Part shown: in pieces, positions 20,034 through 30,577 of the stretch
Position numbering within the stretch: position 1 is the first letter of the stretch
Layout: each line of letters begins with the position of its first letter
Source of the DNA: a virus
Lineage: Duplodnaviria > Caudoviricetes
Length of the DNA stretch: 51,631 nt
IMG/VR virus record: IMGVR_UViG_3300030107_001538
Span: 1 to 51,631 of that record
Reading direction: 5' to 3' (one strand)
Translations under genes and position numbers: made by a program
Notes under the pieces: model-generated
Seen by the model: only the letters and a program-made list of their open reading frames with translations
Database searches by the model: none
What the model was told of the DNA's origin: nothing

Positions 20034-21056
20034 ATGAAAAGAGGGCTAATTCTTGGAACATTATTATTATTTGCATTAGGTATTCAAGCAGACCAAACGG
20101 GAGATTGTACTGCTGGTACTCAGTATTGTGAACAAAATAGTTTAAATACTACAAATACTACTACTACTAATAACACCAATACAAATACTAATACCAATAA
20201 TAATACTAATACTAACACTAATACCAATACTAATACGAATAATAATACTAATAATAATACTAACGTAAATACAAATACTTCTACAAATACAAATGTAAAT
20301 ACAAATACATCAACAAATACTAATAATAATAATAATGTAAATACAAATAATAATACATCAACATCTAATTCAACTGTAAACTCTACAGTTAATCAAAATG
20401 TTAGTAATACCAATACTAGCACTGCTACAAATAATAATAATAATACGAATACAAATAATACTACATCTGATAACACTAATAAAAATTATAATGAATCTAA
20501 TTCTAATTCTAATGTAAACACCAGTAATACCAATACAAATAATTCAACTGCTAATAATACTAATAAAAATTACAACGAATCTAATTCTACTCAAACTATT
20601 AATCAAAACATAAATCAAAAAGCTCCTCCTGCTTCTGCTATTGCCCCCAGTATAATGTCTTACTCACAAGACCTCTGTACCACTGGAGTATCGGGAGCTT
20701 TTCAAGGTCAACTATTTGGTTTTTCTGGTGGTAAAGCAGTACGAGACGAGAATTGTGAAAGATTAAAATTATCTAAATATTTATATGATACTGGTATGAA
20801 AGTAGCAGCAGTATCTATTCTTTGCCAAGACCCTAGAGTATTTAAAGCTATGGGTAATGCTGGAACTCCTTGTCCATACAAAGGTAAAATAGGAGAGGAA
20901 GCTAAAGTTGCTTGGGAAAAAAATGTTGAAGATACTCCGACATACAAAGAAGATTTAAAAGATTATATTTCTAAGTGTAAAAAAACTACAAATCCAAAAG
21001 GTATAAGAAAATCTGGTAGCACGTGCCGAAAAGAATTTCATTCTACAATTAGCTAG
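20034..21056 (+). CDS. Secreted Asn/Thr-rich protein with Cys-rich C-terminal domain
   Basis: Signal peptide MKRGLILGTLLLFALGIQA; ~155-aa N/T tract; PPASAIAPS..DLC..DENCERLKLS..CQD..GTPCP. Confidence 0.75.
   Translation: MKRGLILGTLLLFALGIQADQTGDCTAGTQYCEQNSLNTTNTTTTNNTNTNTNTNNNTNTNTNTNTNTNNNTNNNTNVNTNTSTNTNVNTNTSTNTNNNNNVNTNNNTSTSNSTVNSTVNQNVSNTNTSTATNNNNNTNTNNTTSDNTNKNYNESNSNSNVNTSNTNTNNSTANNTNKNYNESNSTQTINQNINQKAPPASAIAPSIMSYSQDLCTTGVSGAFQGQLFGFSGGKAVRDENCERLKLSKYLYDTGMKVAAVSILCQDPRVFKAMGNAGTPCPYKGKIGEEAKVAWEKNVEDTPTYKEDLKDYISKCKKTTNPKGIRKSGSTCRKEFHSTIS
20140..20615 (+). repeat. Low-complexity AAT/ACT coding tract
   Basis: NTNTNTNNN runs; duplicated NTNKNYNESNS. Confidence 0.85.
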
Positions 21057-23218
21057 TGAAAATAGTAAGTTTAATTTGTTTACTATTACTCAGTGCAAAT
21101 ATAACTGCTCAATATATTTACGAATCTAATCAAGCTTTATTTGATTTAACTAATCAATCTGATACAACAAGTTTAAATAGTGGTGATGACCAACTATCGG
21201 CTGCTTTTAATTTAGATTTTACGTTTCAGTTGTATGATAATTCTTACACATCTGCACGTATGGCAACTAATGGTTGTTTACATTTTGGTTTAGGTACAGG
21301 CAATATAAACTTTAATAATTATTGTGGTGATTATACACCTGACCCATTACCTCAATACACTAATACACTATTTCCTTTTTGGACTGACTTAATACGAGAT
21401 AGTAATTCACAAATGTTAGCTAAAAATTTTAGCGACAAATCTGTGTTTGGTTGGTATGACCTAAGAGAATATAATCGAAGTGGTTCAGACAACAGCTTTG
21501 AAGTTGTTTTATGGACTAACAATACTTTTGAGTTTCGCTACGGTGCATTAGATATTATAAATCATGATGTCTTAATAGGACAACAAGGTAGTTCATCGCA
21601 AACTTATATGTACCTTTTTCATGATGAATGCTCTACAGGTACAACAAATGTTGCAGGTACATGTGTTAATACAAACTGGAACAATACACTTGCTAATAGC
21701 TTGTTAGAAAATGGTGGCTCTTTATATGGGGCTGGGTCTGGAAATAATATTGATTGTAGTAATCCATTAAATGATTCTACCTGTCCGGGCTACTGGGAAG
21801 CTTTTGATGATTTACAATGTAATTTAGACCCACAGTATGCACCTTTTTGTCCGGGCTACAGGTTTGAAAATGATATTGGTTATTTTGTTCTAGAAGAAGA
21901 TTTTGGTTATACCGAAGAATATGAACAAAGTCAGTTAGGTTATGACGAAGATTATGAAATAGAACAGTTTGGTTATTCTGAAGATTGGTTTGAAGATGAT
22001 AGGCAAACGTTTGGACAAGAACCTATTGAAGAATGGTTTGAACCTGAAATTATATTTAATGACGAAGGTTTTGTAGTACTAGAAGAATATGATAGTATTA
22101 GTGAAGAAGTTTATATAGACTTTGATATACAGTCTTTTGATGAAGAACCTATGCTTATAGCTTTACCATCAATTGAGTATGACCCCATACAACGTTTAGA
22201 TATTTTTGATTCTAGAGAATTAATAGATTTGTATGAGTTTGAAACAATAATTAGAGAAGAAATAATACATGAAGAAGAAATTAATGAAGTGGTATTTGAA
22301 GACTTCGAGGACCTTGAAGAATGGTTTGAAGAAGAAATGGAAGCAATTTCACAAGATGATGAAGTCATCGAGATTGCACAAAATAGTGAACAACTTGTAT
22401 CCGAAATTGGAGAACAACAAGAAGTCATAGAAGAGCTAGTCGAAGCCGACCCTATTATGAGAGAGGAAGGAGGTCGAAGTAACATGGATATGAATGTTGC
22501 TATGTCTGTTGTGTCTAATACTATTACAACTGCTGTTAATAGTGTGAGTGGAACTACTGCCGGAAACTCTATTCACGCTTCTGGAAATACAGTAAATGCA
22601 GGAAGTATTAGTAGTGCTATCAATGGTGGTACTAATTCAGACTTTAGCTCTGGAAGTATCTCAAATTCTTTTGCTAACTCTTCTATGCAAACTCAACAGG
22701 TTCTAAGTAGTTCTGTTGATACTGGCAGTATAACTACAAACACTACCGAAACAACTGTAAGCTCTGTCGAGTCTGGTTCAAGTGTTAGTGTTTCTACTAC
22801 TGTTGCTTCTAATAGCGGAGGTAACACAACTACTGAAACTACTACTACTACAGATTCTCTTTCAACTATGACAACAAGTTCAGAGGCAGATACAGTTACA
22901 GAAAATGTTGTTGCTCAAAATTTAAAAGAACAACAAGAAGAACTAAAAGAACAACAAGAGTCTGGTGAGTATGGGGAGGAAGCTGGATTAGTAGCAGTGA
23001 TGGGATTTAATCCTGACTTTGTTGGATACTATGACCGGATGTTACCAGATAACAATTCGTGGTATGAATCTAAAAGTATCTATACATCAGTTCAATTAAA
23101 TGATAATATACAAGGTTTCTATGCTATGGCAGGACAAAGTTTTAATGTTATGTCACAGTTAATAAATTCTCAACCAAATTTAAGTGGAGGAAGGTACAAT
23201 GAATTGGTTTCAAACTAA
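21056..23218 (+). CDS. Secreted protein with NIDO-like N-terminal domain, acidic and Ser/Thr-rich regions
   Basis: GTG start, signal peptide; GDDQ..FTFQLY..TNG..PFWTDL..NSFEVVL pattern; CPGY repeats; E/D-rich middle. Confidence 0.6.
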   Translation: MKIVSLICLLLLSANITAQYIYESNQALFDLTNQSDTTSLNSGDDQLSAAFNLDFTFQLYDNSYTSARMATNGCLHFGLGTGNINFNNYCGDYTPDPLPQYTNTLFPFWTDLIRDSNSQMLAKNFSDKSVFGWYDLREYNRSGSDNSFEVVLWTNNTFEFRYGALDIINHDVLIGQQGSSSQTYMYLFHDECSTGTTNVAGTCVNTNWNNTLANSLLENGGSLYGAGSGNNIDCSNPLNDSTCPGYWEAFDDLQCNLDPQYAPFCPGYRFENDIGYFVLEEDFGYTEEYEQSQLGYDEDYEIEQFGYSEDWFEDDRQTFGQEPIEEWFEPEIIFNDEGFVVLEEYDSISEEVYIDFDIQSFDEEPMLIALPSIEYDPIQRLDIFDSRELIDLYEFETIIREEIIHEEEINEVVFEDFEDLEEWFEEEMEAISQDDEVIEIAQNSEQLVSEIGEQQEVIEELVEADPIMREEGGRSNMDMNVAMSVVSNTITTAVNSVSGTTAGNSIHASGNTVNAGSISSAINGGTNSDFSSGSISNSFANSSMQTQQVLSSSVDTGSITTNTTETTVSSVESGSSVSVSTTVASNSGGNTTTETTTTTDSLSTMTTSSEADTVTENVVAQNLKEQQEELKEQQESGEYGEEAGLVAVMGFNPDFVGYYDRMLPDNNSWYESKSIYTSVQLNDNIQGFYAMAGQSFNVMSQLINSQPNLSGGRYNELVSN

Positions 23219-23567
23219 AACAACACAGTTAATAGCTTTGGTTTCTATCGTGGGAACTTTAGCAGGATTTGGATATACTGGAGCTACTTATATAAATAGA
23301 TTAGAAAATTTAGAATCAAAGATAGGTGGGATTAGTTCTACTAAAAATGCCCAGCAAGATATTGAAACAAGATTTGAATCAGTCGAAAGTACACTAATGT
23401 ACATTGAAAAAACTATTGATGATTCGTTATTAATTAGAACAGATTTTAATGAAAAAGATATTGTTGAATTGAAAACTTCAATGGCAACAATTAAAACAGA
23501 GGTAAAATCTCTGGAGGGAAAGGTTCAAGAGCTAGTCGATAGTTCTAAGAATCCTTTAGCACAATAA
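23199..23567 (+). CDS. Membrane-anchored coiled-coil protein
   Basis: ATG 23199 with GGAGG upstream; TM LIALVSIVGTLAGFGY; heptads; ends NPLAQ. Confidence 0.65.
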   Translation: MNWFQTKTTQLIALVSIVGTLAGFGYTGATYINRLENLESKIGGISSTKNAQQDIETRFESVESTLMYIEKTIDDSLLIRTDFNEKDIVELKTSMATIKTEVKSLEGKVQELVDSSKNPLAQ

Positions 23568-23591
23568 CCATTTCACATATGGAGGTAAAAC

Positions 23592-23675
23592 GTGAATCGA
23601 GAAGAATTATGCATTATGTGCTTCTTCTTTTGGATAACAGTTTCGATGTTTGTCGCAGCTTTTAATATAGTTTAA
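23592..23675 (+). CDS. 27-aa hydrophobic peptide (not in ORF track)
   Basis: SD GGAGGT at 23581, GTG start; MNREELCIMCFFFWITVSMFVAAFNIV. Confidence 0.5.
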   Translation: MNREELCIMCFFFWITVSMFVAAFNIV

Positions 23676-23679
23676 ACTA

Positions 23680-23913
23680 TTATTTAGAGTTCATAACTCT
23701 GGCATTTAGACATGCTTCAATATGATTATGAATCTCATCCATTTTTTGACTTGCTTCTCTTATCACAACCTTTAGAGTTTCATACTCTTCAAGGGTCATG
23801 AACTTCTGCAACTTTGTAATGTCCACCTTGCTACGTTCTGTAACAAGATTTCCACTTTTATCATATAATAATTTGTAAGCAAGTAATTGTGCTTCACTTC
23901 GTTTCGTCTTCAT
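23680..23913 (-). CDS. Hypothetical protein
   Basis: 77 aa, overlaps the end of RNR beta. Confidence 0.55.
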   Translation of the reverse strand: MKTKRSEAQLLAYKLLYDKSGNLVTERSKVDITKLQKFMTLEEYETLKVVIREASQKMDEIHNHIEACLNARVMNSK

Positions 23914-24886
23914 TGTTTAGTCCTGCAAAGGTCAATTGTCCGTAATCACCTCTAAGCCCTGCCTTTTGATATGAAGTAGCTCTGCCTTCAAAAAAGTTTT
24001 GATGCTCTACTCCTAACACATCATCAAGCCACGTCAACGGATTATCCTTTTGCTTGTAGTTTGGTTTTAATCCCAATTGTAATAGCCTTCTATCTGCAAT
24101 GTATTTATTGTAAGCATACATTTCTTCTTTAGTTAAACCTTCTAAGTTACCCATTTCAAATACTAAATCTAAAAACTTTTCTTCTAGTTTAACCATTTCT
24201 CTACATATCTGATAGATTTCTTTTTTAAAATCATCTGTCCAAATATCTAAATTCTCTTTTATAAATTCTCTAAATAACTTAGTCATTGCTTCAACATGTA
24301 AGCTTTCATCTTTAATAGAGTAAGCTACTATTTGACACATACCTTTCATCTTACCAAACCTTTGAAAGTTCATTAAGATTGCAAAGCTACTAAATAATTG
24401 TAACCCTTCGGTAAATGCTGAATAGACTGCTAGAGTTTTAGCAATAGTTCTCTTATCTGATTTAAGAGGTTTAAAGTTACCCACATAATCATGCTTGTCT
24501 GCCATTTCTTCATACTCAGCAAAAGCTTTATATTCTAATTCAGGCATACCTACTGTATCTAATAATAAACTGTAAGCATGTTGATGTATTGCTTCCATAT
24601 TAGCAAACGAAGACATCATCATTCTGGCTTCTGGTTTTTTAAAGATAGGCATATATTTATCTATATACCCCCCGGCAACATCTACATCTGACTGAGTGAA
24701 CAATCTAAAAATTTGGATTAATAAATTCTTTTCGTTCTCAGTTAATTTTTCATTCCAATCTTTAACATCAGTATGTAAAGGTACAGACATTGGATGCCAG
24801 TGCATTCTGTTCTGTAAGTCATAGTATTCAAACATCCATGCATAATCGAATGGTTTGTAATGTTCTCTGGTTGCTAGTAATGTCAT
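23894..24886 (-). CDS. nrdB: Ribonucleotide reductase class I, beta subunit
   Basis: SDVDV, EAIH..AY (radical Tyr), EGLQLFSSF, DESLH, NFFE. Confidence 0.93.
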   Translation of the reverse strand: MTLLATREHYKPFDYAWMFEYYDLQNRMHWHPMSVPLHTDVKDWNEKLTENEKNLLIQIFRLFTQSDVDVAGGYIDKYMPIFKKPEARMMMSSFANMEAIHQHAYSLLLDTVGMPELEYKAFAEYEEMADKHDYVGNFKPLKSDKRTIAKTLAVYSAFTEGLQLFSSFAILMNFQRFGKMKGMCQIVAYSIKDESLHVEAMTKLFREFIKENLDIWTDDFKKEIYQICREMVKLEEKFLDLVFEMGNLEGLTKEEMYAYNKYIADRRLLQLGLKPNYKQKDNPLTWLDDVLGVEHQNFFEGRATSYQKAGLRGDYGQLTFAGLNNEDETK

Positions 24887-25107
24887 TAAAATTTCTCCTT
24901 TAATATTCTTAATTTTTCATCAGCATTAGCGTACTGTTCCATAAGTTTATCCATTGATTCCACAACGTTAGGATGTTCTGCAACTCCTACTTTGTTTTGA
25001 AAATATATTTCTAGATTAGCTTTAGCTTCGGCTTTCTCAGCTTTGTATTTTGTTTCTAGAGCTTTATACAATAATGCTCCTGCATATTTAGTCATATTAT
25101 CCCTCAC
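24886..25107 (-). CDS. Hypothetical protein
   Basis: VGVAEHP motif, small helical protein between RNR subunits. Confidence 0.6.
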   Translation of the reverse strand: MRDNMTKYAGALLYKALETKYKAEKAEAKANLEIYFQNKVGVAEHPNVVESMDKLMEQYANADEKLRILKEKF

Positions 25108-26989
25108 AAGCTATACAGTCCACTTCGTCTAATTTAATTCGTGGAACTTTAATGTTTACATTCTCTGCTGCCTTGGCTGCATCAGACCTAAAATAGTACA
25201 GCGACTTTAATTTATTTGCACCATACCAATGTACATCACTTACATACTGCAAATACTCATCATGTTTTTCTTGGTCTTGAGCAGAGTCCGGTAAAATAAA
25301 AAATAAATTTACACTTTGACTTTGACATACAAACTCTTGTCTTTTGTATGCATGTTCTATTACCCACACTTGATTTATTTCATCTGCAGTTTTAAATAAT
25401 TCTTTTTCTTCTTTAGTAAATATTCTTATGTTCTGAATAGAACCTCTGTTATCACTAATTTGTTGCCAGAGTTTTTTTCGTTTGTTTGTTTCTGGAACTT
25501 TTTTATTAATTAATCTTTCTAAATTTTTATTTTTAACTTTGTAGCTACCGGATAAAGTTTTGTGCGTATAGACGTTAGCACGGTATGGCTCAATACTAGG
25601 GGAAGTACCACCACATATAATACTGCTACTGGCATTAGGAGCAATAGCCAGAAGATGAGAGTTACGAAAACCACTGCCATGTACATCAGGAGCTTCACCA
25701 CGTTCTTCAGCAAGTACTTTAGTAGCTTCAACAGCTTTGCTTTTAATGTGTTTGAAAGCTTTATAATTAAATCCTGTTGCAAAAATGCCTTCAAACGGAA
25801 TTTGATTTGATTGTAAATAGGCATGAAAACCCATCGCACCCAAACCAACGGAACGTTCTCTGTAAGCCGAGTAAGCAGCTTTTGTGAAGCCTTCTTTGCC
25901 TTCTTTAATATGTTTTTTAAATCTTTCATAGTTTGCATTGTAACCTCCTAGTGCATCCATGTTTACTGCATTCTCAATAAAATGCTCTAATACATTGTCA
26001 AGCATTCTAATTAAATCTGATATAAATTGTTTATCTTTAGACCAAATATCAAAATATTCTAGGTTTACACTAGACAAACAACAGACAGCAGTTCTCTCTT
26101 CATTGGTTGGTAGAGTAATCTCTGAACATAAATTACTTTGTTTAACTTCTAGTCCTAAATCTTTTTGTCCTTGTGGTAAAGCATCATTACAATTATCTAA
26201 ATTAATTATATAAGGTTCGCCAGTCTCTGCTCGAGCATCTAATATCTTGGACCACAACTCTCTAGCTTTTATAATCTTAACTGCTTCTTTAGTCTTCGGG
26301 TCTATTAATCGCCAATCATCATCTGTTTCCACAGCTTTTAAAAAAGCATTATTAATATTGATACCATTGTGTAGGTTTAAACATTTTCTATTTACATCCC
26401 CACCTGATTCTTTTCTCATTACCATAAACTCTTCAATCTCTGGATGACTAATATCAGTATAAGCAGCGTAGCTACCACGTCTAGTTACTCCCTGATTAAA
26501 AGCTAACATTTCTGAATCAACAACTTTCATAAAAGGTATTGAGCCAGTAGATTTACTACCACTGCTCGTTGCAGTTCCGTCACTTCTAACATCACCCCAG
26601 TACCCACCAATACCTCCCCCGGCACTTGCAAGTTTAGCATTTTCTTTAAAGTGGTCTGTTAGTTCATCAATAGAATCTCCTACGTAATTTAGAAAACAAC
26701 TGATAGGAAGACCTCTGGTTGTACCACCATTAGAAAGAATAGGAGTAGAAAACATAAACCACAAATCAGAGACATAGTTGTATAGTCTTTGAGCCATTGG
26801 ATAATTTGTTTCATCTTTATAAGTACTGGCAAAAACTGCAGCTCTCGCAAAAGCTTCTTGAGGTGAGGTTTCTTCTTGCCATAAATATCTGTCTCGTAAT
26901 GTATCTAAACTAAACTTATCTAACTTTTTATCTTTATCATAATTAATTATTATTCCTAAGTAGGGTTGCTCCCCTTTGTATTCCACCAT
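25097..26989 (-). CDS. nrdA: Ribonucleotide reductase class I, alpha subunit (no evident ATP cone)
   Basis: FSTPILSN, PISCFL, QSNLCSEI, AIAPNASSS, SLYY, C-terminal CIACEG. Confidence 0.93.
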   Translation of the reverse strand: MVEYKGEQPYLGIIINYDKDKKLDKFSLDTLRDRYLWQEETSPQEAFARAAVFASTYKDETNYPMAQRLYNYVSDLWFMFSTPILSNGGTTRGLPISCFLNYVGDSIDELTDHFKENAKLASAGGGIGGYWGDVRSDGTATSSGSKSTGSIPFMKVVDSEMLAFNQGVTRRGSYAAYTDISHPEIEEFMVMRKESGGDVNRKCLNLHNGININNAFLKAVETDDDWRLIDPKTKEAVKIIKARELWSKILDARAETGEPYIINLDNCNDALPQGQKDLGLEVKQSNLCSEITLPTNEERTAVCCLSSVNLEYFDIWSKDKQFISDLIRMLDNVLEHFIENAVNMDALGGYNANYERFKKHIKEGKEGFTKAAYSAYRERSVGLGAMGFHAYLQSNQIPFEGIFATGFNYKAFKHIKSKAVEATKVLAEERGEAPDVHGSGFRNSHLLAIAPNASSSIICGGTSPSIEPYRANVYTHKTLSGSYKVKNKNLERLINKKVPETNKRKKLWQQISDNRGSIQNIRIFTKEEKELFKTADEINQVWVIEHAYKRQEFVCQSQSVNLFFILPDSAQDQEKHDEYLQYVSDVHWYGANKLKSLYYFRSDAAKAAENVNIKVPRIKLDEVDCIACEG

Positions 26990-26990
26990 A

Positions 26991-27218
26991 TCATTTCCTG
27001 TCTAATGTTTTTAATAATTTTTTCTCGTACCATTCAGCTTTACGTAAATCCTCTATCCCATTCTTGTAACGAAATCGCCATCTATATTTTAAAGAATTAC
27101 CTCGTAAGTACCCAATAAATTCTTCGTCTGTTAGCATAGCTCGTATTGCATCAATACATTCTATATCGCCCTGATTATAATGGTCAGGGTTATTAACCAT
27201 GTCTGTCATTCTTTCCAT
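26991..27218 (-). CDS. DUF3310 / T7 gp1.7-like protein
   Basis: VNNPDHY..IECIDAI..GN.LKY.WR...KNGIEDLRKAEWY. Confidence 0.8.
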   Translation of the reverse strand: MERMTDMVNNPDHYNQGDIECIDAIRAMLTDEEFIGYLRGNSLKYRWRFRYKNGIEDLRKAEWYEKKLLKTLDRK

Positions 27219-27640
27219 TCCTCCGGTAAGGTAAGTTCATCAAACCATCTAAAATTATTTTTTTCTGCCCACTCAGCATGAGTTCTTTTAGTTTTATCTC
27301 TTCTTACTTTAGCTCCGGGCATAGGGGCAAAAGGTTTTTGAAAAAAGAAAACTAACTCAATGTGTTTGGGTAAAGCTTTTTTGATGTGTATATATTTACT
27401 ATACTCAGCAAAATCCCAGAATCTGCCTTTTGCTTCTATTAGTATAACACGACCATCATCAAACTTACGAACAAAGTCTGGTTCATAAGTATGAGCAATA
27501 ACATAATCAATGTTCTCCCAATGATGTCTCCATTCAGGAAACAGTCGTTGATGAATATCATATTCCCAATGACTATCGTAGCCTCTAGGAATGTGTAATT
27601 CTTTTTTAGGTCTACGTTTTCTTGGTCTTCTTCGAGGCAT
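27206..27640 (-). CDS. Endonuclease I-like resolvase (T7 gp3-like)
   Basis: YDSHWE, YEPDF, IEAKGRF, EWAEKNNF. Confidence 0.8.
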   Translation of the reverse strand: MPRRRPRKRRPKKELHIPRGYDSHWEYDIHQRLFPEWRHHWENIDYVIAHTYEPDFVRKFDDGRVILIEAKGRFWDFAEYSKYIHIKKALPKHIELVFFFQKPFAPMPGAKVRRDKTKRTHAEWAEKNNFRWFDELTLPEEWKE

Positions 27641-28451
27641 TGTCTACTGCTGAATTATAATTTTTACAAAGTTTCCAATACTCTAGAATATTATTAAACA
27701 TTGCTAAATGTTTTTGATGTGATTCTTTTTCCCAAACATGATACAGAATAATCTTTGTATTTTTTCTATCTACAAATATAGATATTCTTTCTACGTCATC
27801 AAAGCCACAACCTTGAGCATAAGCTGACAGTTGCATACCATGTTCATCATAAACTAATTTAGCAGGGTCTTTGTCTTCTAAGTTATCTTTAGTTTTAAAG
27901 TCTATGAAGATACCTGATTTAGAATATAAATCTATCTTACCACCATAGCCTGAATCAGCACAGAAAGAATCTTCTGCTATCCATTCTTCTCCCGGATAAT
28001 TATCATCAAGCCATTTCTGTATATCTTTATATATTTTATTTTTAGATTTACCTAAAAAACCTTTTTCAATCTGAGCATGAATCTTTGTACCTTCTTTAGC
28101 TGCATTTATACTAATTTGTTTTGAGTCTATCTTACATCTATAAGTAAAAGATTCAGTAGATTCATCTTCATATCTTTCCAGAGATAAAGCAGAATTTAAA
28201 GCTTGATTTATTTTCCAGTTTTCTAAGGATGGTTTAGCTATCATCCCTATAATTGTAGTAACAGAAGGTACTAAACCTAAAGATTTAGCATCCCTCAGTG
28301 TGGTATTTCGTTCTTTTCCATTAGCACCAATGATAGTATACATTGGTTTTCCGTCTTGAGCATACCAGTGACCGGATTCAGACGTGAACTTATTATAATT
28401 GTCTATTTGTTTTTTGTCAAGTAAATCTTCTTCTTTATTTGCAATCATCAT
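27612..28451 (-). CDS. PD-(D/E)XK exonuclease
   Basis: PSVTTI, GTKIH, GKIDL, IDFKT, QLSAY. Confidence 0.75.
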   Translation of the reverse strand: MMIANKEEDLLDKKQIDNYNKFTSESGHWYAQDGKPMYTIIGANGKERNTTLRDAKSLGLVPSVTTIIGMIAKPSLENWKINQALNSALSLERYEDESTESFTYRCKIDSKQISINAAKEGTKIHAQIEKGFLGKSKNKIYKDIQKWLDDNYPGEEWIAEDSFCADSGYGGKIDLYSKSGIFIDFKTKDNLEDKDPAKLVYDEHGMQLSAYAQGCGFDDVERISIFVDRKNTKIILYHVWEKESHQKHLAMFNNILEYWKLCKNYNSAVDNASKKTKKT

Positions 28452-28854
28452 CTAACTCCTTAAAAGCTTTAATAACATCACTAGAAAATAATTTTTGTAG
28501 ATTAACCAAAAACATTTTACTAGCATTGTGGTCTCCACCACTTACAGTTTTAAAAGTATCTAATTGGTCCACTATTTTTTTCAGAACCTCAGTTTTAAAT
28601 ACTAACGTACAATATTCTTCATTACCAATGCAAAGATTATGAAACCAATAATCAGATTCAGTGGCTCTAATACCAGATGGTTTTCTGTATGATTCATATT
28701 CAATACAAATGTTACCAGTATCTTGCCAAATATCTCGTTCTGATTTGACTTCTATTTTTTTATTAGTAAGCATATCTGCTATCTTTTCTTCTCGTATTGA
28801 CCCGTATGTTAAATCAAGGTCAAACTTTTTTCTATCTTTCTTAGTGGGTTTCAC
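28435..28854 (-). CDS. Hypothetical protein, PD-(D/E)XK-like
   Basis: IEVKSE..TGNICIE..PSGI..ESDYW. Confidence 0.5.
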   Translation of the reverse strand: MKPTKKDRKKFDLDLTYGSIREEKIADMLTNKKIEVKSERDIWQDTGNICIEYESYRKPSGIRATESDYWFHNLCIGNEEYCTLVFKTEVLKKIVDQLDTFKTVSGGDHNASKMFLVNLQKLFSSDVIKAFKELDDDCK

Positions 28855-30577
28855 TCCAGTTTTCTCCTACTTTGTATTCTCCAGTTAATGGACAACGTAA
28901 GTTAAAATGCTTACCAGCTTTCTCTATCGCTTCTACTCCAGTAAGACCTGTAAATTCAGCAATGCTTTCTTTCACTTGCATCTGCCATTCATCATGAATG
29001 TTAGCAACAAACTTAGCATCTAATGTATTTAATTGTATATGAGTATGAAGAATACACATAGCTTTTTTCATAGCTATTGCACCTCCACCTTGTAATAAAG
29101 TATTTAAGGCAGCGTGTTCGTGCCTAACAAATATTTTTCTACCATCTAGACCTTTTAAGAATCCTCTTCTCGAAGCTTCTCGTACTCTTGTCGTAAGGTT
29201 TTCAAGTGCAGGGAGGTTGGTAAGAAAACGCTTTCTAAGGACTGTACCTGCTTCTCTGTTTTCACCAACCACTTTTCCAAGTTTTTCGTCTCCTGCTCCG
29301 TATATAAGTGCATAGATAAAAGTCTTTGCCTTATCTCTTGATTCAAGTCCTGCAAGTTCTTGATTAGTCGTGTGTATGTCTCCATTAATAATCTCGTCTA
29401 TGTAATTTGAATCATCCATGTAATGAGCTAATAATCTTAATTCTAAACCACTAGCATCAATACCTAATAATTTATAACCCTCTGGTACTGTCCAACAAGC
29501 TCTGCAATCTTCACCATAAGGACTATACACTCCCGGAACTTGTGCTAAGTTAGGATTTCTGTGAGTCATTCTGCCAGTGATAGTGCCATTAGGTATTACT
29601 CGACCATGCACTCGTTCACCTTGTAGTTCATCTATCCATGAAGATATTTGAGCAATACGTTTCTGTAATAATAAAAACTCGGCAATGAGCCGAGCTTCGT
29701 TTATGTGAGTTATCTTCTTTAATGTACCTTCATCAACTATTGGTTGACCAGTCGGAGTAAATCGTTCTGGTTTCCAACCAAAGTCTATTAAATATTCCCC
29801 GATTTGTTTTCGAGAACCTAAATTAAATTCTTGTAACTCTTGTCGCATAAATGGTTTTATGTCTTGAGTTTCTTGTAATCGTTCATACTCTTCTGAAGTT
29901 AGTCCTGATTTAGATAATGTTCCATCTTTCTTTAATTTCGGAGTTACCTCTTTCACATCAACAAGTTTTGGTTTAAATGTTATCTGTACTTCATCCTCTA
30001 CTTCAGTCATTCTAGCTTTTAATTTTGCTAATAGCTTCATAGCTTTTTCAACATCAAATAAAAAACCAGTCTGTTCTTGCTCAAGCATAATTCTGGCAAC
30101 TTCAGTTTCTAATTCTAAACTCTCAGGGTCAAAGTTCTTACCTTCATTTATTAAAGCAAAATAAACTTTTTCATTTAACAATACATCTTGAGTACAATAC
30201 TCCAACATTTCTGGAGTGTACTCATCAAAATCATCTGGTTGTTCTTGTTTGTGAAAGTTAACTCGATAGCCCCAAGTTTTTAAACTGTGTCCGTTCTCTC
30301 GAACTGGTTGATATAATCTAGACATAACTAGAGTATCAATGACCTCTGAAGTAAAGGTAGCTCCATGAAGTTTTTCTAGAACTGGCATATCATAACCTAA
30401 GATATTATGTCCTATTAGAACATCAGCTTCTTCTAACAATTTAATTCCTGCTGCTAGTTTATCAGGACCAAATTGATATACCTTCTGCTGTTCAATATCT
30501 TTAGCTACAATACACCAGACTTTACTAGGAGTTAAACCATCTGCTTCAATATCAAAAATCAAGTTCTTCATTATCAA
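28841..30577 (-). CDS. polA: DNA polymerase, family A (T7-like, Tyr762) with 3'-5' exonuclease
   Basis: FDIEAD, GHNILGYD, TGRMTH..PNLAQ, DASGLELR, RDKAKTFIYALIYG, IHDE. Confidence 0.93.
   Translation of the reverse strand: MIMKNLIFDIEADGLTPSKVWCIVAKDIEQQKVYQFGPDKLAAGIKLLEEADVLIGHNILGYDMPVLEKLHGATFTSEVIDTLVMSRLYQPVRENGHSLKTWGYRVNFHKQEQPDDFDEYTPEMLEYCTQDVLLNEKVYFALINEGKNFDPESLELETEVARIMLEQEQTGFLFDVEKAMKLLAKLKARMTEVEDEVQITFKPKLVDVKEVTPKLKKDGTLSKSGLTSEEYERLQETQDIKPFMRQELQEFNLGSRKQIGEYLIDFGWKPERFTPTGQPIVDEGTLKKITHINEARLIAEFLLLQKRIAQISSWIDELQGERVHGRVIPNGTITGRMTHRNPNLAQVPGVYSPYGEDCRACWTVPEGYKLLGIDASGLELRLLAHYMDDSNYIDEIINGDIHTTNQELAGLESRDKAKTFIYALIYGAGDEKLGKVVGENREAGTVLRKRFLTNLPALENLTTRVREASRRGFLKGLDGRKIFVRHEHAALNTLLQGGGAIAMKKAMCILHTHIQLNTLDAKFVANIHDEWQMQVKESIAEFTGLTGVEAIEKAGKHFNLRCPLTGEYKVGENWSETH

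Noticed and set aside
25519-26447. Alternative-frame and antisense ORFs inside nrdA, and similar shadows in other long genes
   Set aside because: Fully nested in well-supported genes, with no recognisable motifs.
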